A stretch of DNA of 64,000 nucleotides from Bacteroidales bacterium (GTDB lineage: Bacteria; Bacteroidota; Bacteroidia; Bacteroidales; VadinHA17). The stretch is taken from positions 117,195 through 181,194 of the forward strand of contig PLNT01000036.1 of the NCBI GenBank assembly GCA_003141895.1. Direction: 5' to 3'. A program made the translations under genes and the position numbers. Positions within the stretch are counted from its first letter, which is position 1, and every line of letters begins with the position of its first letter. This document shows, one piece after another, positions 52,073 to 60,405 of the stretch. The notes under the pieces are model-generated. The model had not been told where the DNA came from and made no database searches. It saw only the letters and a list, made by a program, of their open reading frames with translations.

Positions 52073-52780
52073 ATCTAAACGGATTATTTTGCCGGTACCT
52101 CTTTTCTCAGCAAGTTTAATAACAGGATTCCCATAATAACAGATATTTCCCGGTCCGCGGATGAATGCTTCAATGTTATCGGAAGCATTGATATTAACAT
52201 CTCCTACCGATTCATTATAAATTACAGCATCCTTACAGAGAAGACTGTCGGCATACATGCATGAACCATAACGGTTCCAGATCCAACAACTTTCGGCTTT
52301 ACCTATAAAATGAAGGTACCCAAGAGTATTAGAATTATTGTTGGCAAGAAAAAAATTGCATTTAAACACAAGCCTTACCTCAGCAATTTCTCCTCCTGCA
52401 ATAAAAATGAACTGATCGGCTTTTATAGTATCTCTATTTGAAAGATTTATCGGATCGGAAGAATCGATATACTTAAGGTTGCTGAAATGAAGGACAAGTG
52501 TATTTTTATTCGGGTTAAATGACATTTTCTTATGATCATCTATAATAAGAGTATCGTCTTTAATAAGTGCATCGATGGAATGAATATCGTTTTTTCCTGT
52601 TATGACCAGCCGGTTTGTCGAATCCTGAATCAGAACGAAATTGTATATCCCCGAGATTTTCAAAGCATGAAAATTCTCAAGCAGGATTTCCCTTGTACTT
52701 TCATCCTCATTAAATAATATTTTCTGACACGAGATGATCAAAACAGAGACTAAAATAAGATAGATATAAAAGCTTTTCAT
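52070..52780 (-). CDS. DUF2807 (head GIN domain, autotransporter-adhesin-head-like) lipoprotein
   Basis: 236 aa with the lipoprotein signal LIISCQ. The typical C-terminal pattern is GDVNINASDNIEAFIRGPGNICYYGNPVI. Confidence 0.7.
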   Translation of the reverse strand: MKSFYIYLILVSVLIISCQKILFNEDESTREILLENFHALKISGIYNFVLIQDSTNRLVITGKNDIHSIDALIKDDTLIIDDHKKMSFNPNKNTLVLHFSNLKYIDSSDPINLSNRDTIKADQFIFIAGGEIAEVRLVFKCNFFLANNNSNTLGYLHFIGKAESCWIWNRYGSCMYADSLLCKDAVIYNESVGDVNINASDNIEAFIRGPGNICYYGNPVIKLAEKRGTGKIIRLD

Positions 52781-52802
52781 TTGGTTATTTAATTGTTTTC
52801 TG

Positions 52803-53894
52803 TCACCAGCAATACCCTATTCCATATTCCAGACAATCGGCTTTAGCCATATGCAATTTAATAGATATACTCCCAATAAGGTTTTTGGTGATCAGGTATT
52901 GTATCGATATTTTGTTGTAAACCCTGGTAATAACGGTATATTTTGAATAAAGATAATGTCCTATCTGAATTTCCATAATAAGTTGTTTATATCGGATGGC
53001 ATAAGATGTATGCAGACCAAACCGGATAAGTTTTTCAAAATGTTTATCAGGGGTACCGTCTTCACTGGCGAGGGCTTCACTTATGGAACCATCAAAAGAA
53101 AGATCGGCTCCCAGTCCAATTTTCCTTTTATGACTAATGATGCGCTCCAGATTATAAGAAACTGATGAGACAAAATATTTTTTACCGTACAGGTTGTCAT
53201 ATACCTTTGTTCCTGCCGAATATATAACCGATTGAACATACCGTTTATTGAACCCGGGAATTTCCGGGTCCTGTATGGTAGCACCTTTATTATCGAATAT
53301 ATAGTTTAAACCGAGTGAAAAGGAACCGGCATTAATGCCGTAATTGGGCGATCTCGTTTTTCCGTTCGAGAAATGCGTAGCACCCGCTTCAATTACCAGT
53401 CCGCAACGGGGGAATAACGTTATTTTCCCATCTATACCCAGGTGGATGTATATATTTGTATGAGAGCCTATTGCCCGGTCAAGGTGATCTTTGTATATAT
53501 CAAATATTTTGGGAAGATAGGCCCCCCCGCATGAAATCTGGTAATTGAAAGAAAACTTTTCAGCAGGCTTGAAAAACGGGATGTTGATAAAAGTGTATAA
53601 AACATATGCTTTGCCGAATACTTCATTATTGCCGAGACTCCAGTACGAAAATCCGACACCTTGCCTGGGGTAACGATATAGTTTTTCCCAGTAATCCTTT
53701 CCATATGTTGGGAAACTTACAGAAACGTCAAAAGCATAAATATCATCCTTAATAAGATAACGCAGGGCTTTGTAAAAGGGCAGATTCATGCCCATATGTA
53801 TCTTAGGTTCGATAATAATCGGCCTTTCAACTAATTGTGCATTAGCTGCCAATCCGGTCAAAACAAGTACAAAGATTAAAAGTACGTACTTCAC
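52803..53894 (-). CDS. acyloxyacyl hydrolase / lipid A deacylase (PagL-like) outer-membrane protein
   Basis: 363 aa with a signal peptide. It carries the ATHFSNG motif, beta-barrel-like alternation and an aromatic C-terminus. Confidence 0.6.
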   Translation of the reverse strand: MKYVLLIFVLVLTGLAANAQLVERPIIIEPKIHMGMNLPFYKALRYLIKDDIYAFDVSVSFPTYGKDYWEKLYRYPRQGVGFSYWSLGNNEVFGKAYVLYTFINIPFFKPAEKFSFNYQISCGGAYLPKIFDIYKDHLDRAIGSHTNIYIHLGIDGKITLFPRCGLVIEAGATHFSNGKTRSPNYGINAGSFSLGLNYIFDNKGATIQDPEIPGFNKRYVQSVIYSAGTKVYDNLYGKKYFVSSVSYNLERIISHKRKIGLGADLSFDGSISEALASEDGTPDKHFEKLIRFGLHTSYAIRYKQLIMEIQIGHYLYSKYTVITRVYNKISIQYLITKNLIGSISIKLHMAKADCLEYGIGYCW

Positions 53895-54079
53895 AGTTTA
53901 CAAAATAGGAAAAAAAGATGAAATTTTATTATGGAGTATTTCATAAGTATTCAATACCAGGCAACAAAAACTATGAATAATACAACTTTTTTCAATAATT
54001 GTGTAAGGCTGAGACTTAAATATGGGCTTACCTTTCGGGTTATTGATATAATCATAAAACAAATTAAGGAGGAAATAAC

Positions 54080-55075
54080 ATGAAAATTGATGAAAACATC
54101 GATCCTAAGCCTGTAGATGACAATGCAGAAGCCAGGAAAAAAGAAGCCCTTATCAGAGAAAATGAGAAGAAAGAAGGAATAAAAAAAGCGGTTATGACGA
54201 CTTCAATCATTGGGATTGTAGTGCTGCTGATTGTCGTTTTTATTGCTCATTCAATCTATAAACATGATCATAAACTACTTGTCAGCCAGATGGAAATACA
54301 GAAGAATTCATTTACAGAGAAACTAACCTCGCGTGATTCATCGATAGGAGAATGGGTTACCACTTTTGGTGAAATTGAAAAGAACATCGCACTCATAAAG
54401 GAAAAAGAGCATATAATTTCGACTAATTCATCTGCCGGAGAATTATCCAATAATAAGAAACAACAAATTCTGGAAGATATTAAATACATCAATACGCTGC
54501 TTGAACAAAATAAAAAGAAAATTGCCTCTTTAAATAGTCAATTGACCAAATCAGGAGGAACAATAAAGGGATTGCAAAGTACAATTACCGGATTGGAGGC
54601 ATCTGTTAAACAGAGTGAAAGTGATATTGCGGATCTGAAGACTTCGCTGCTAGGCAAAAAATTCGAAATTGAACAGTTGAGTACTGAGAAGACCGTTCTG
54701 CAGGATACTATTGTGCAAAAGAATGAGAAAATTAATACTCAGACTAATGAGATGAACAAGGCATTCTATGCATTTGGAACGTTTAAAGAGTTGAAGGCAA
54801 AAGGTCTTTTAACTAAAGAGGGAGGATTCATCGGTTTAGGCAAAACGAAAACATTATCAGGAAGCTTTCGCGATAGCTCATTGACGCAAATCGATATCAC
54901 AGTTATGAAATCGATTAAGCTAAATTCAAAAAGTGCTAAGCTTATCTCTGAGCATCCAGCAAATTCATATAAGTTTATACTTGATAAAAACAAGAAAATT
55001 GAATCAATGGAGATAACAGATCCTGTTCAGTTTTGGAAAATTTCAAAATATGCAGTTGTAGAGATAACCAAATAA
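54080..55075 (+). CDS. membrane-anchored coiled-coil protein, unknown function
   Basis: 331 aa. It has one TM helix (AVMTTSIIGIVVLLIVVFIA), a long heptad-rich region and a C-terminal beta-rich domain. Confidence 0.5.
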   Translation: MKIDENIDPKPVDDNAEARKKEALIRENEKKEGIKKAVMTTSIIGIVVLLIVVFIAHSIYKHDHKLLVSQMEIQKNSFTEKLTSRDSSIGEWVTTFGEIEKNIALIKEKEHIISTNSSAGELSNNKKQQILEDIKYINTLLEQNKKKIASLNSQLTKSGGTIKGLQSTITGLEASVKQSESDIADLKTSLLGKKFEIEQLSTEKTVLQDTIVQKNEKINTQTNEMNKAFYAFGTFKELKAKGLLTKEGGFIGLGKTKTLSGSFRDSSLTQIDITVMKSIKLNSKSAKLISEHPANSYKFILDKNKKIESMEITDPVQFWKISKYAVVEITK

Positions 55076-55126
55076 AGCAATGAAATATTCCAGGAATAAC
55101 TATTTCCCGGATAATTAATTCGTTAA

Positions 55127-55160
55127 CCCCGCAAGATAGATGATCTGCGGGGTTTTCTAT
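55127..55160 (+). terminator. rho-independent terminator
   Basis: CCCCGCA-agatagatgatc-TGCGGGG, followed by TTTTCTATTTT. It begins 52 nt downstream of the stop at 55075. Confidence 0.7.
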
Positions 55161-55191
55161 TTTAAAAGATGCCACCCAGACATGTGACAAA

Positions 55192-55410
55192 TATGAACAA
55201 GAATTTGAAGCGTTTAAACTTGGAGTTCTGATTCAGTAAGCCCGGAAGAGAAGATACCTTACCCGGAAGGAGCTTGCACTAAAAGCCGGGACTGCCAAAA
55301 ATTACATTTCAAGGCTTGAAAATGATGCAAGTGATATCAGGCTCTCAACGATGATGAAAATAATCACAGATGGACCAGATGGTCCTGAATATTACACCGT
55401 TCTGAATTAA
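55192..55410 (+). pseudogene. HigA-like XRE antitoxin remnant (no start codon, in-frame stop)
   Basis: It translates as YEQEFEAFKLGVLIQ*ARKRRYLTRKELALKAGTAKNYISRLENDASDIRLSTMMKIITDG..., with a TAA at 55237-55239. No toxin partner is visible. Confidence 0.6.
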
Positions 55411-57707
55411 TTCAATTTCTGATATGCCTTTATAAGGGATTTTGGAAGTTCCCCGCTGTAAACAATTTTGTAGAATGAGAAGCCATTGTAAGGGATTTCA
55501 TTTCCATCTTTATATATCTTTACCCGGCTTTCCAAACCTTCTTTCTTAAATTGCATCAGAAACGCGTCTTCTCTTTTTTTGTTTAATTGTTCAAACCTGG
55601 AATTGATAACAGATAAGCCAACAAACCTGTTGCATTTTTCCTGTATGGTATAGACCATGCTATCGTGAACCTGTGTGTTTAAAAACTTAACGAACAATGA
55701 ATCCTTTACAGGCATGTTTTCAACTTTCATGGAATCCTCCTTACTGAGAATCAGAGCATTTGACTTTCCGGATATCAAAAAATATTTCTTCCGGGCTTCA
55801 AAAAAACCTATGTATTCTTTTTCTTTTTCAGCATACTGATCCGGATAAACACCAATCGTTGCCTCAGGATTCTTTTTCAGAAAATCTGCTAATTTATTTA
55901 CAAATTTTTCCTGTTGGCGCTGAAGTGAATTCTGTCTTATTTCCCACTGCAATATAAGCGCTTTATCAATTTCTTTCCCCGGTTTTTTCTCCAGTAATCT
56001 GAAAGGAATCAATGCCGGATTAACAAATATTTTTCCAATAATATTAAAAACAACCTGGTGCAGATGAAATGTCGGATCCTTCAGATTGCCGGTTATAGGA
56101 ATCTGATAGTCAATGATATTCCCGTGCTGGCGGATTAAGAACAATATTAAAGGTGAGGAAATCAGTTTTGTGGTTTTGTAACTTTGTTGTCTGAGAACAT
56201 GCGGATCAATTACGGTCAGGTGATTTTCGCTTTTGATAATTCCGTGTCTTACTTTCCAGTTGCCGGAAATTTCTATTGTACCCCTGTCTAACGGGAAAGA
56301 AGTATAGGTAATAAGATAGGGGTTAAAAATTGAAACAGGCAATCTTTGAAGATGATATTTCATATCAAAATCTCCACTATCTTTTGGACTTATATTCAGT
56401 GCTACTTCGATATTGCCGTAAGGCTTAATTCCTGATTTCAGGAATACCTTAACCCAATTGCCGTTTTTATTAACAGAATCAGCAACAACATTTAGCGGAT
56501 TTGCTTCAATTGAAAATTTTTCCTTCGAAGAATAGTCATTGAATGTGAAACGACCTTTGTAAATCGCCAACCTGTTTATCTTGTAATCGCTCTGGAAAAA
56601 ATTTTTCACAAGTACCTTTATGTACTTCCCGATTATAAAGATAAGGTTAAACCGCGCGGGTTCTGCCTTATTTCCAGAAGTGCTGGTTCCGTATTTTCCA
56701 AAGATTTTTTGCACGTTATCCAAATAATCATAAAGCTCATATCTGATAAAAGGATGGCTTAGTGATAATGAATCGAAAAGATATTTATGGTCAACGGGAC
56801 TTAATTCATCTATTTTTAATACCAGTTTGCTGAAGGATGCATAGTCATCATTAGCTTTTATACCAAAATGAAAGTCATTCAGTGCCAGCAGTCCTCTGGC
56901 ATTTATTTTTTCTTTATCGCTGAAATTTCCTGTTGCAATTACATCAGCATCAAGGTTGGCTTTGAAAGTGCCATAGTTGACTAAGTTTTTGAGGTATTGG
57001 TCCAAAATATTTAAATCATACCTGTGAATTACAGCAGCCAGCCGATAATCGAGATTTTTTAAGTTTATAGTAAAATTGCCTCTTAAGCTACCGGAATCAA
57101 TTCCAGCCAGGAAAGAAATATTGGCCTCTATGGTATCCGTATTCCAATACTTCCCTTTACTTTCAATATTAACTTCTTTAATAAAATAATTTATCGGGAT
57201 TACTGTTTCACGGTAATGGAACTCACCGTTTTGAATTTTTATATTCAGGATATTAAAGTGAAAAGGCAATGTAGTTGCCGGAGTCTTATCAGCCGCGATT
57301 TTTTTTACCAGATCATTGAAATTAAAGTCCTTTTTGTTTTGAATTATTATTCCCACCGGATGATCCAGTGTGAGGTCCTTTATTTCTATAGTTCTCGATA
57401 AAAGTTTAAGCAACGCAAAATGTGCACCGATCCCTTTTGCTGAGAAGAAAACACTGTCGGTTCCGACTGTATCAGTCTGGTTTTTCGATTCATAAATTTT
57501 CAGGTTGCTGATATGAATATACCCTGTAAACAGATTTACATAAACCCGTCCCGTTTTAATTTCCCTTCCAATGTATTTGATGTCATTTTTCTCAATCAGA
57601 TGTTTTGTGACCGGTGAGGTCAATAAAATAACAGCTATTACTATAACGACGATTGAAATGATTACGGTAATTAATGGCTTTTTATATCTGGAGGTTGGAA
57701 TTTTCAT
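55407..57707 (-). CDS. DUF748/AsmA-like membrane-anchored protein
   Basis: 766 aa with an N-terminal TM anchor. IGREIKTGRVYVNLFTGYIHISNLKIYE resembles the DUF748 start. The body is beta-rich. Confidence 0.45.
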   Translation of the reverse strand: MKIPTSRYKKPLITVIISIVVIVIAVILLTSPVTKHLIEKNDIKYIGREIKTGRVYVNLFTGYIHISNLKIYESKNQTDTVGTDSVFFSAKGIGAHFALLKLLSRTIEIKDLTLDHPVGIIIQNKKDFNFNDLVKKIAADKTPATTLPFHFNILNIKIQNGEFHYRETVIPINYFIKEVNIESKGKYWNTDTIEANISFLAGIDSGSLRGNFTINLKNLDYRLAAVIHRYDLNILDQYLKNLVNYGTFKANLDADVIATGNFSDKEKINARGLLALNDFHFGIKANDDYASFSKLVLKIDELSPVDHKYLFDSLSLSHPFIRYELYDYLDNVQKIFGKYGTSTSGNKAEPARFNLIFIIGKYIKVLVKNFFQSDYKINRLAIYKGRFTFNDYSSKEKFSIEANPLNVVADSVNKNGNWVKVFLKSGIKPYGNIEVALNISPKDSGDFDMKYHLQRLPVSIFNPYLITYTSFPLDRGTIEISGNWKVRHGIIKSENHLTVIDPHVLRQQSYKTTKLISSPLILFLIRQHGNIIDYQIPITGNLKDPTFHLHQVVFNIIGKIFVNPALIPFRLLEKKPGKEIDKALILQWEIRQNSLQRQQEKFVNKLADFLKKNPEATIGVYPDQYAEKEKEYIGFFEARKKYFLISGKSNALILSKEDSMKVENMPVKDSLFVKFLNTQVHDSMVYTIQEKCNRFVGLSVINSRFEQLNKKREDAFLMQFKKEGLESRVKIYKDGNEIPYNGFSFYKIVYSGELPKSLIKAYQKLN

Positions 57708-57723
57708 TTTTGGAAAATTATAA

Positions 57724-60267
57724 TCAGATGTCAGGTATAAGGTGTGAGGTATGAGGTATGAGGTTAATCCTGAATGGTTTCACTTTCCAGATCTTTTCGC
57801 AATAATCATTGATGGACCGGTCTGATGAGAATTTTCCCATCCTGGCTACGTTCATTATAGCCATCCTGTTCCATTCAGATGGGTTTTTCCAGGTTTCAGC
57901 AACCAGGTCCTGGCAGGCAATATACAATGGATAATCAGCCATAAGCATAAACGGATCGTCCCACAACAGGTTGTCGGTGATGGATTTAAACAGGTTGCAA
58001 TCGCCCCTGGAGAAATAGCCTGAATTAATCATGTTTATCACTTCGCGTAACTCATTGTTATGATCGTAAATAAAGTGCGGGTTGTACACATTACGTTTGG
58101 ATTCTTCAACCTGGGCAGCAGTGAGACCAAACATGAAGAAATTATCTTCACCCACTTCTTCCCGTATTTCGACATTTGCCCCATCGAGAGTGCCGATGGT
58201 GAGTGCGCCATTCATAGAAAACTTCATGTTGCCGGTACCACTTGCTTCTTTCCCCGCTGTAGATATCTGTTCCGAAAGGTCTGCTGCCGGGTAAATATGC
58301 TGCGCATTGGTTACGTTAAAATCAGGGAAGAAAACCACCTTGAGCCTGTCTTTAACATCAGGGTCGCCGTTTATCACATCACCCACTGAGTTGATCAGCT
58401 TGATCATGAGTTTAGCTGTATGATATCCGGGAGCTGCCTTGCCCCCAAAAATGAATGTCCGGGGAGCCAGATCAATGTCCGGGTTTTGCTTTATGCGCAA
58501 GTAACGCGTAATGATATTCAATATATTAAGATGCTGCCGTTTGTACTCGTGAATGCGCTTTACCTGTATGTCAAACATGGAAGAAGGATCAACGATAATG
58601 CCGGTCCTTTCTTTAATTAGTGTCGCGAGGAGTTTTTTATTCTCCAGTTTTACATTCCTGAACTTTTCTCTGAAAGCAGCATCGCCGGCAAAAGGTTCCA
58701 GCTTACGCAGTTCATCAAGCTTGCCTGGCCATTTATCACCAATTGAATCTGTTATGAGCTTGCTTAATCCCGGATTACTCAATATAATAAAGCGACGTGG
58801 TGTTACTCCGTTTGTAACATTATAAAAACGTTGCGGGAACATTTCCACCCAGTCGGGCAAAACCTGTTGTTTAAGAAGTTCAGTATGCAGTTCTGCCACG
58901 CCGTTAATTGCACAGCTGCCAGCACATGCAAGGTTGGCCATACGGATATATTTTCCCCCGGTCTCATCGATGAGGGACATTCTCGATAGTTTGCCTTCAT
59001 CACCCGGGTACTGCTCACTTACTTTTTTCAGAAAGCGTGAATTAATTTCATAGATAATCTCCAGCACGCGTGGGATCAGATAAGAGAAAAGGCCTACAGA
59101 CCATTTTTCTAACGCTTCAGGCAGCAGTGTATGATTCGTATAACTAAATGTTTTGCAGGTTGTATCCCATGCTGTGTCCCAATCAATTTTATATTCATCC
59201 ACCAGTATGCGCATTAGTTCAGCCACTGACACTGAAGGATGCGTATCATTAAGTTGTATGGCCCATCTTTTATGAAATTCCTGTGGTTTGCCATCAAATC
59301 TCAGGTGTATATTCATCATATCCTGCAGTGAGCATGAAACAAAGAAGTACTGTTGTTTGAGACGCAGCTTTTTCCCTTCAAGCATTTCATCATTTGGATA
59401 TAATACTTTGCTGATATTTTCCGACTTCACTTTATAGTCTACAGCCTTATAATAATCGCCATGATTGAAGGATTCAAAGTCAAATGATTCCTCTGCTTCA
59501 GACTTCCACAGGCGGAGAAAGTTGCATGAGGGTACCTTGTATCCCATAACCGGAGTGTCATAGGGTATTCCTTTCACCATATATGCAGGTTTCCACCGGA
59601 AGTAATTATGTCCATCGGAGTCAATATATGACTCGGTGGAGCCACCGAAATTAACATTCACAGAAAGCTCAGGTCTGGCAATCTCCCAGGGGTTTCCCTT
59701 AAGTAACCATTTGTCGGTTCTTTCCACCTGCCAGCCATCATGGATTTCCTGATCGAAGATGCCAAACTCATAGCGTATTCCATATCCAATGGCAGGTATT
59801 TGTTGTGAGGCAAGTGAGTCGATATAACAGGCTGCCAAACGCCCCAAACCTCCATTGCCAAGCCCTGGTTCTTCTTCCTGTGCTATAATCTCGTCGAAGT
59901 TAAAACCAAGCTCTTCAATGGCCTGCTTCATCTCATCAAAAACATTCAGGGCAATAAGGTTAACGCCTAACTGCGGCCCCAGAAGAAACTCAGCTGACAG
60001 GTAACTGACAAGCCGTACATCTTTATTTTCAAACACTGCGTTCATCGTACTATGTTCCCGCTGTTTGAGTCTGTCGCGTACGGTATACGAAACAGCCATG
60101 TACAGGTCATTAAGAGAAGTATTCACAATGTTTCTGCCCTGCTGGTAAAACAAATGTTCAGTAACAGCCTGTTTCAGGGAGTTTACATCCATGCCGGCAC
60201 GCACATCAATGATTGTTGTCGAAGCACTCTTAGGCTTACTATCGCCTATATTGGTCTTTATTGCCAT
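57724..60267 (-). CDS. glgP: glycogen/alpha-glucan phosphorylase
   Basis: The blocks are EEPGLGNGGLGRLAAC, the PLP-site block EASGTGNMKFSMNGALTIGTLDGANVE, and KRIHEYKRQ. The start is moved to MAIKTNIGD (60267). Confidence 0.9.
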   Translation of the reverse strand: MAIKTNIGDSKPKSASTTIIDVRAGMDVNSLKQAVTEHLFYQQGRNIVNTSLNDLYMAVSYTVRDRLKQREHSTMNAVFENKDVRLVSYLSAEFLLGPQLGVNLIALNVFDEMKQAIEELGFNFDEIIAQEEEPGLGNGGLGRLAACYIDSLASQQIPAIGYGIRYEFGIFDQEIHDGWQVERTDKWLLKGNPWEIARPELSVNVNFGGSTESYIDSDGHNYFRWKPAYMVKGIPYDTPVMGYKVPSCNFLRLWKSEAEESFDFESFNHGDYYKAVDYKVKSENISKVLYPNDEMLEGKKLRLKQQYFFVSCSLQDMMNIHLRFDGKPQEFHKRWAIQLNDTHPSVSVAELMRILVDEYKIDWDTAWDTTCKTFSYTNHTLLPEALEKWSVGLFSYLIPRVLEIIYEINSRFLKKVSEQYPGDEGKLSRMSLIDETGGKYIRMANLACAGSCAINGVAELHTELLKQQVLPDWVEMFPQRFYNVTNGVTPRRFIILSNPGLSKLITDSIGDKWPGKLDELRKLEPFAGDAAFREKFRNVKLENKKLLATLIKERTGIIVDPSSMFDIQVKRIHEYKRQHLNILNIITRYLRIKQNPDIDLAPRTFIFGGKAAPGYHTAKLMIKLINSVGDVINGDPDVKDRLKVVFFPDFNVTNAQHIYPAADLSEQISTAGKEASGTGNMKFSMNGALTIGTLDGANVEIREEVGEDNFFMFGLTAAQVEESKRNVYNPHFIYDHNNELREVINMINSGYFSRGDCNLFKSITDNLLWDDPFMLMADYPLYIACQDLVAETWKNPSEWNRMAIMNVARMGKFSSDRSINDYCEKIWKVKPFRINLIPHTSHLIPDI
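57733..57767. repeat. short tandem array AGGTATG family lying inside the last about 14 codons of the glgP ORF
   Basis: AGGTATAA GGTGTG AGGTATG AGGTATG AGGTTAA. It is translated on the minus strand as ...LIPHTSHLIPDI*. Confidence 0.75.
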
Positions 60268-60360
60268 AGGAAGTTTTTGATTTTTTTCAGTTGCTATCGT
60301 AAATAAAGGCAGGAAAAGGTACAAAAAAAATATCTTTCATCGGGCGAACACTTCCATTGT

Positions 60361-60405
60361 GACTGCAAGACCGCAGGACCGCAAGACCGCAGGACTGCAG
60401 GACTA
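60361..60405 (-). repeat. octamer tandem array, family A (reverse orientation on the plus strand)
   Basis: GACTGCAA GACCGCAG GACCGCAA GACCGCAG GACTGCAG GACTA. The last unit overlaps the stop codon (60403-60405) of the minus-strand gene. Confidence 0.95.
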
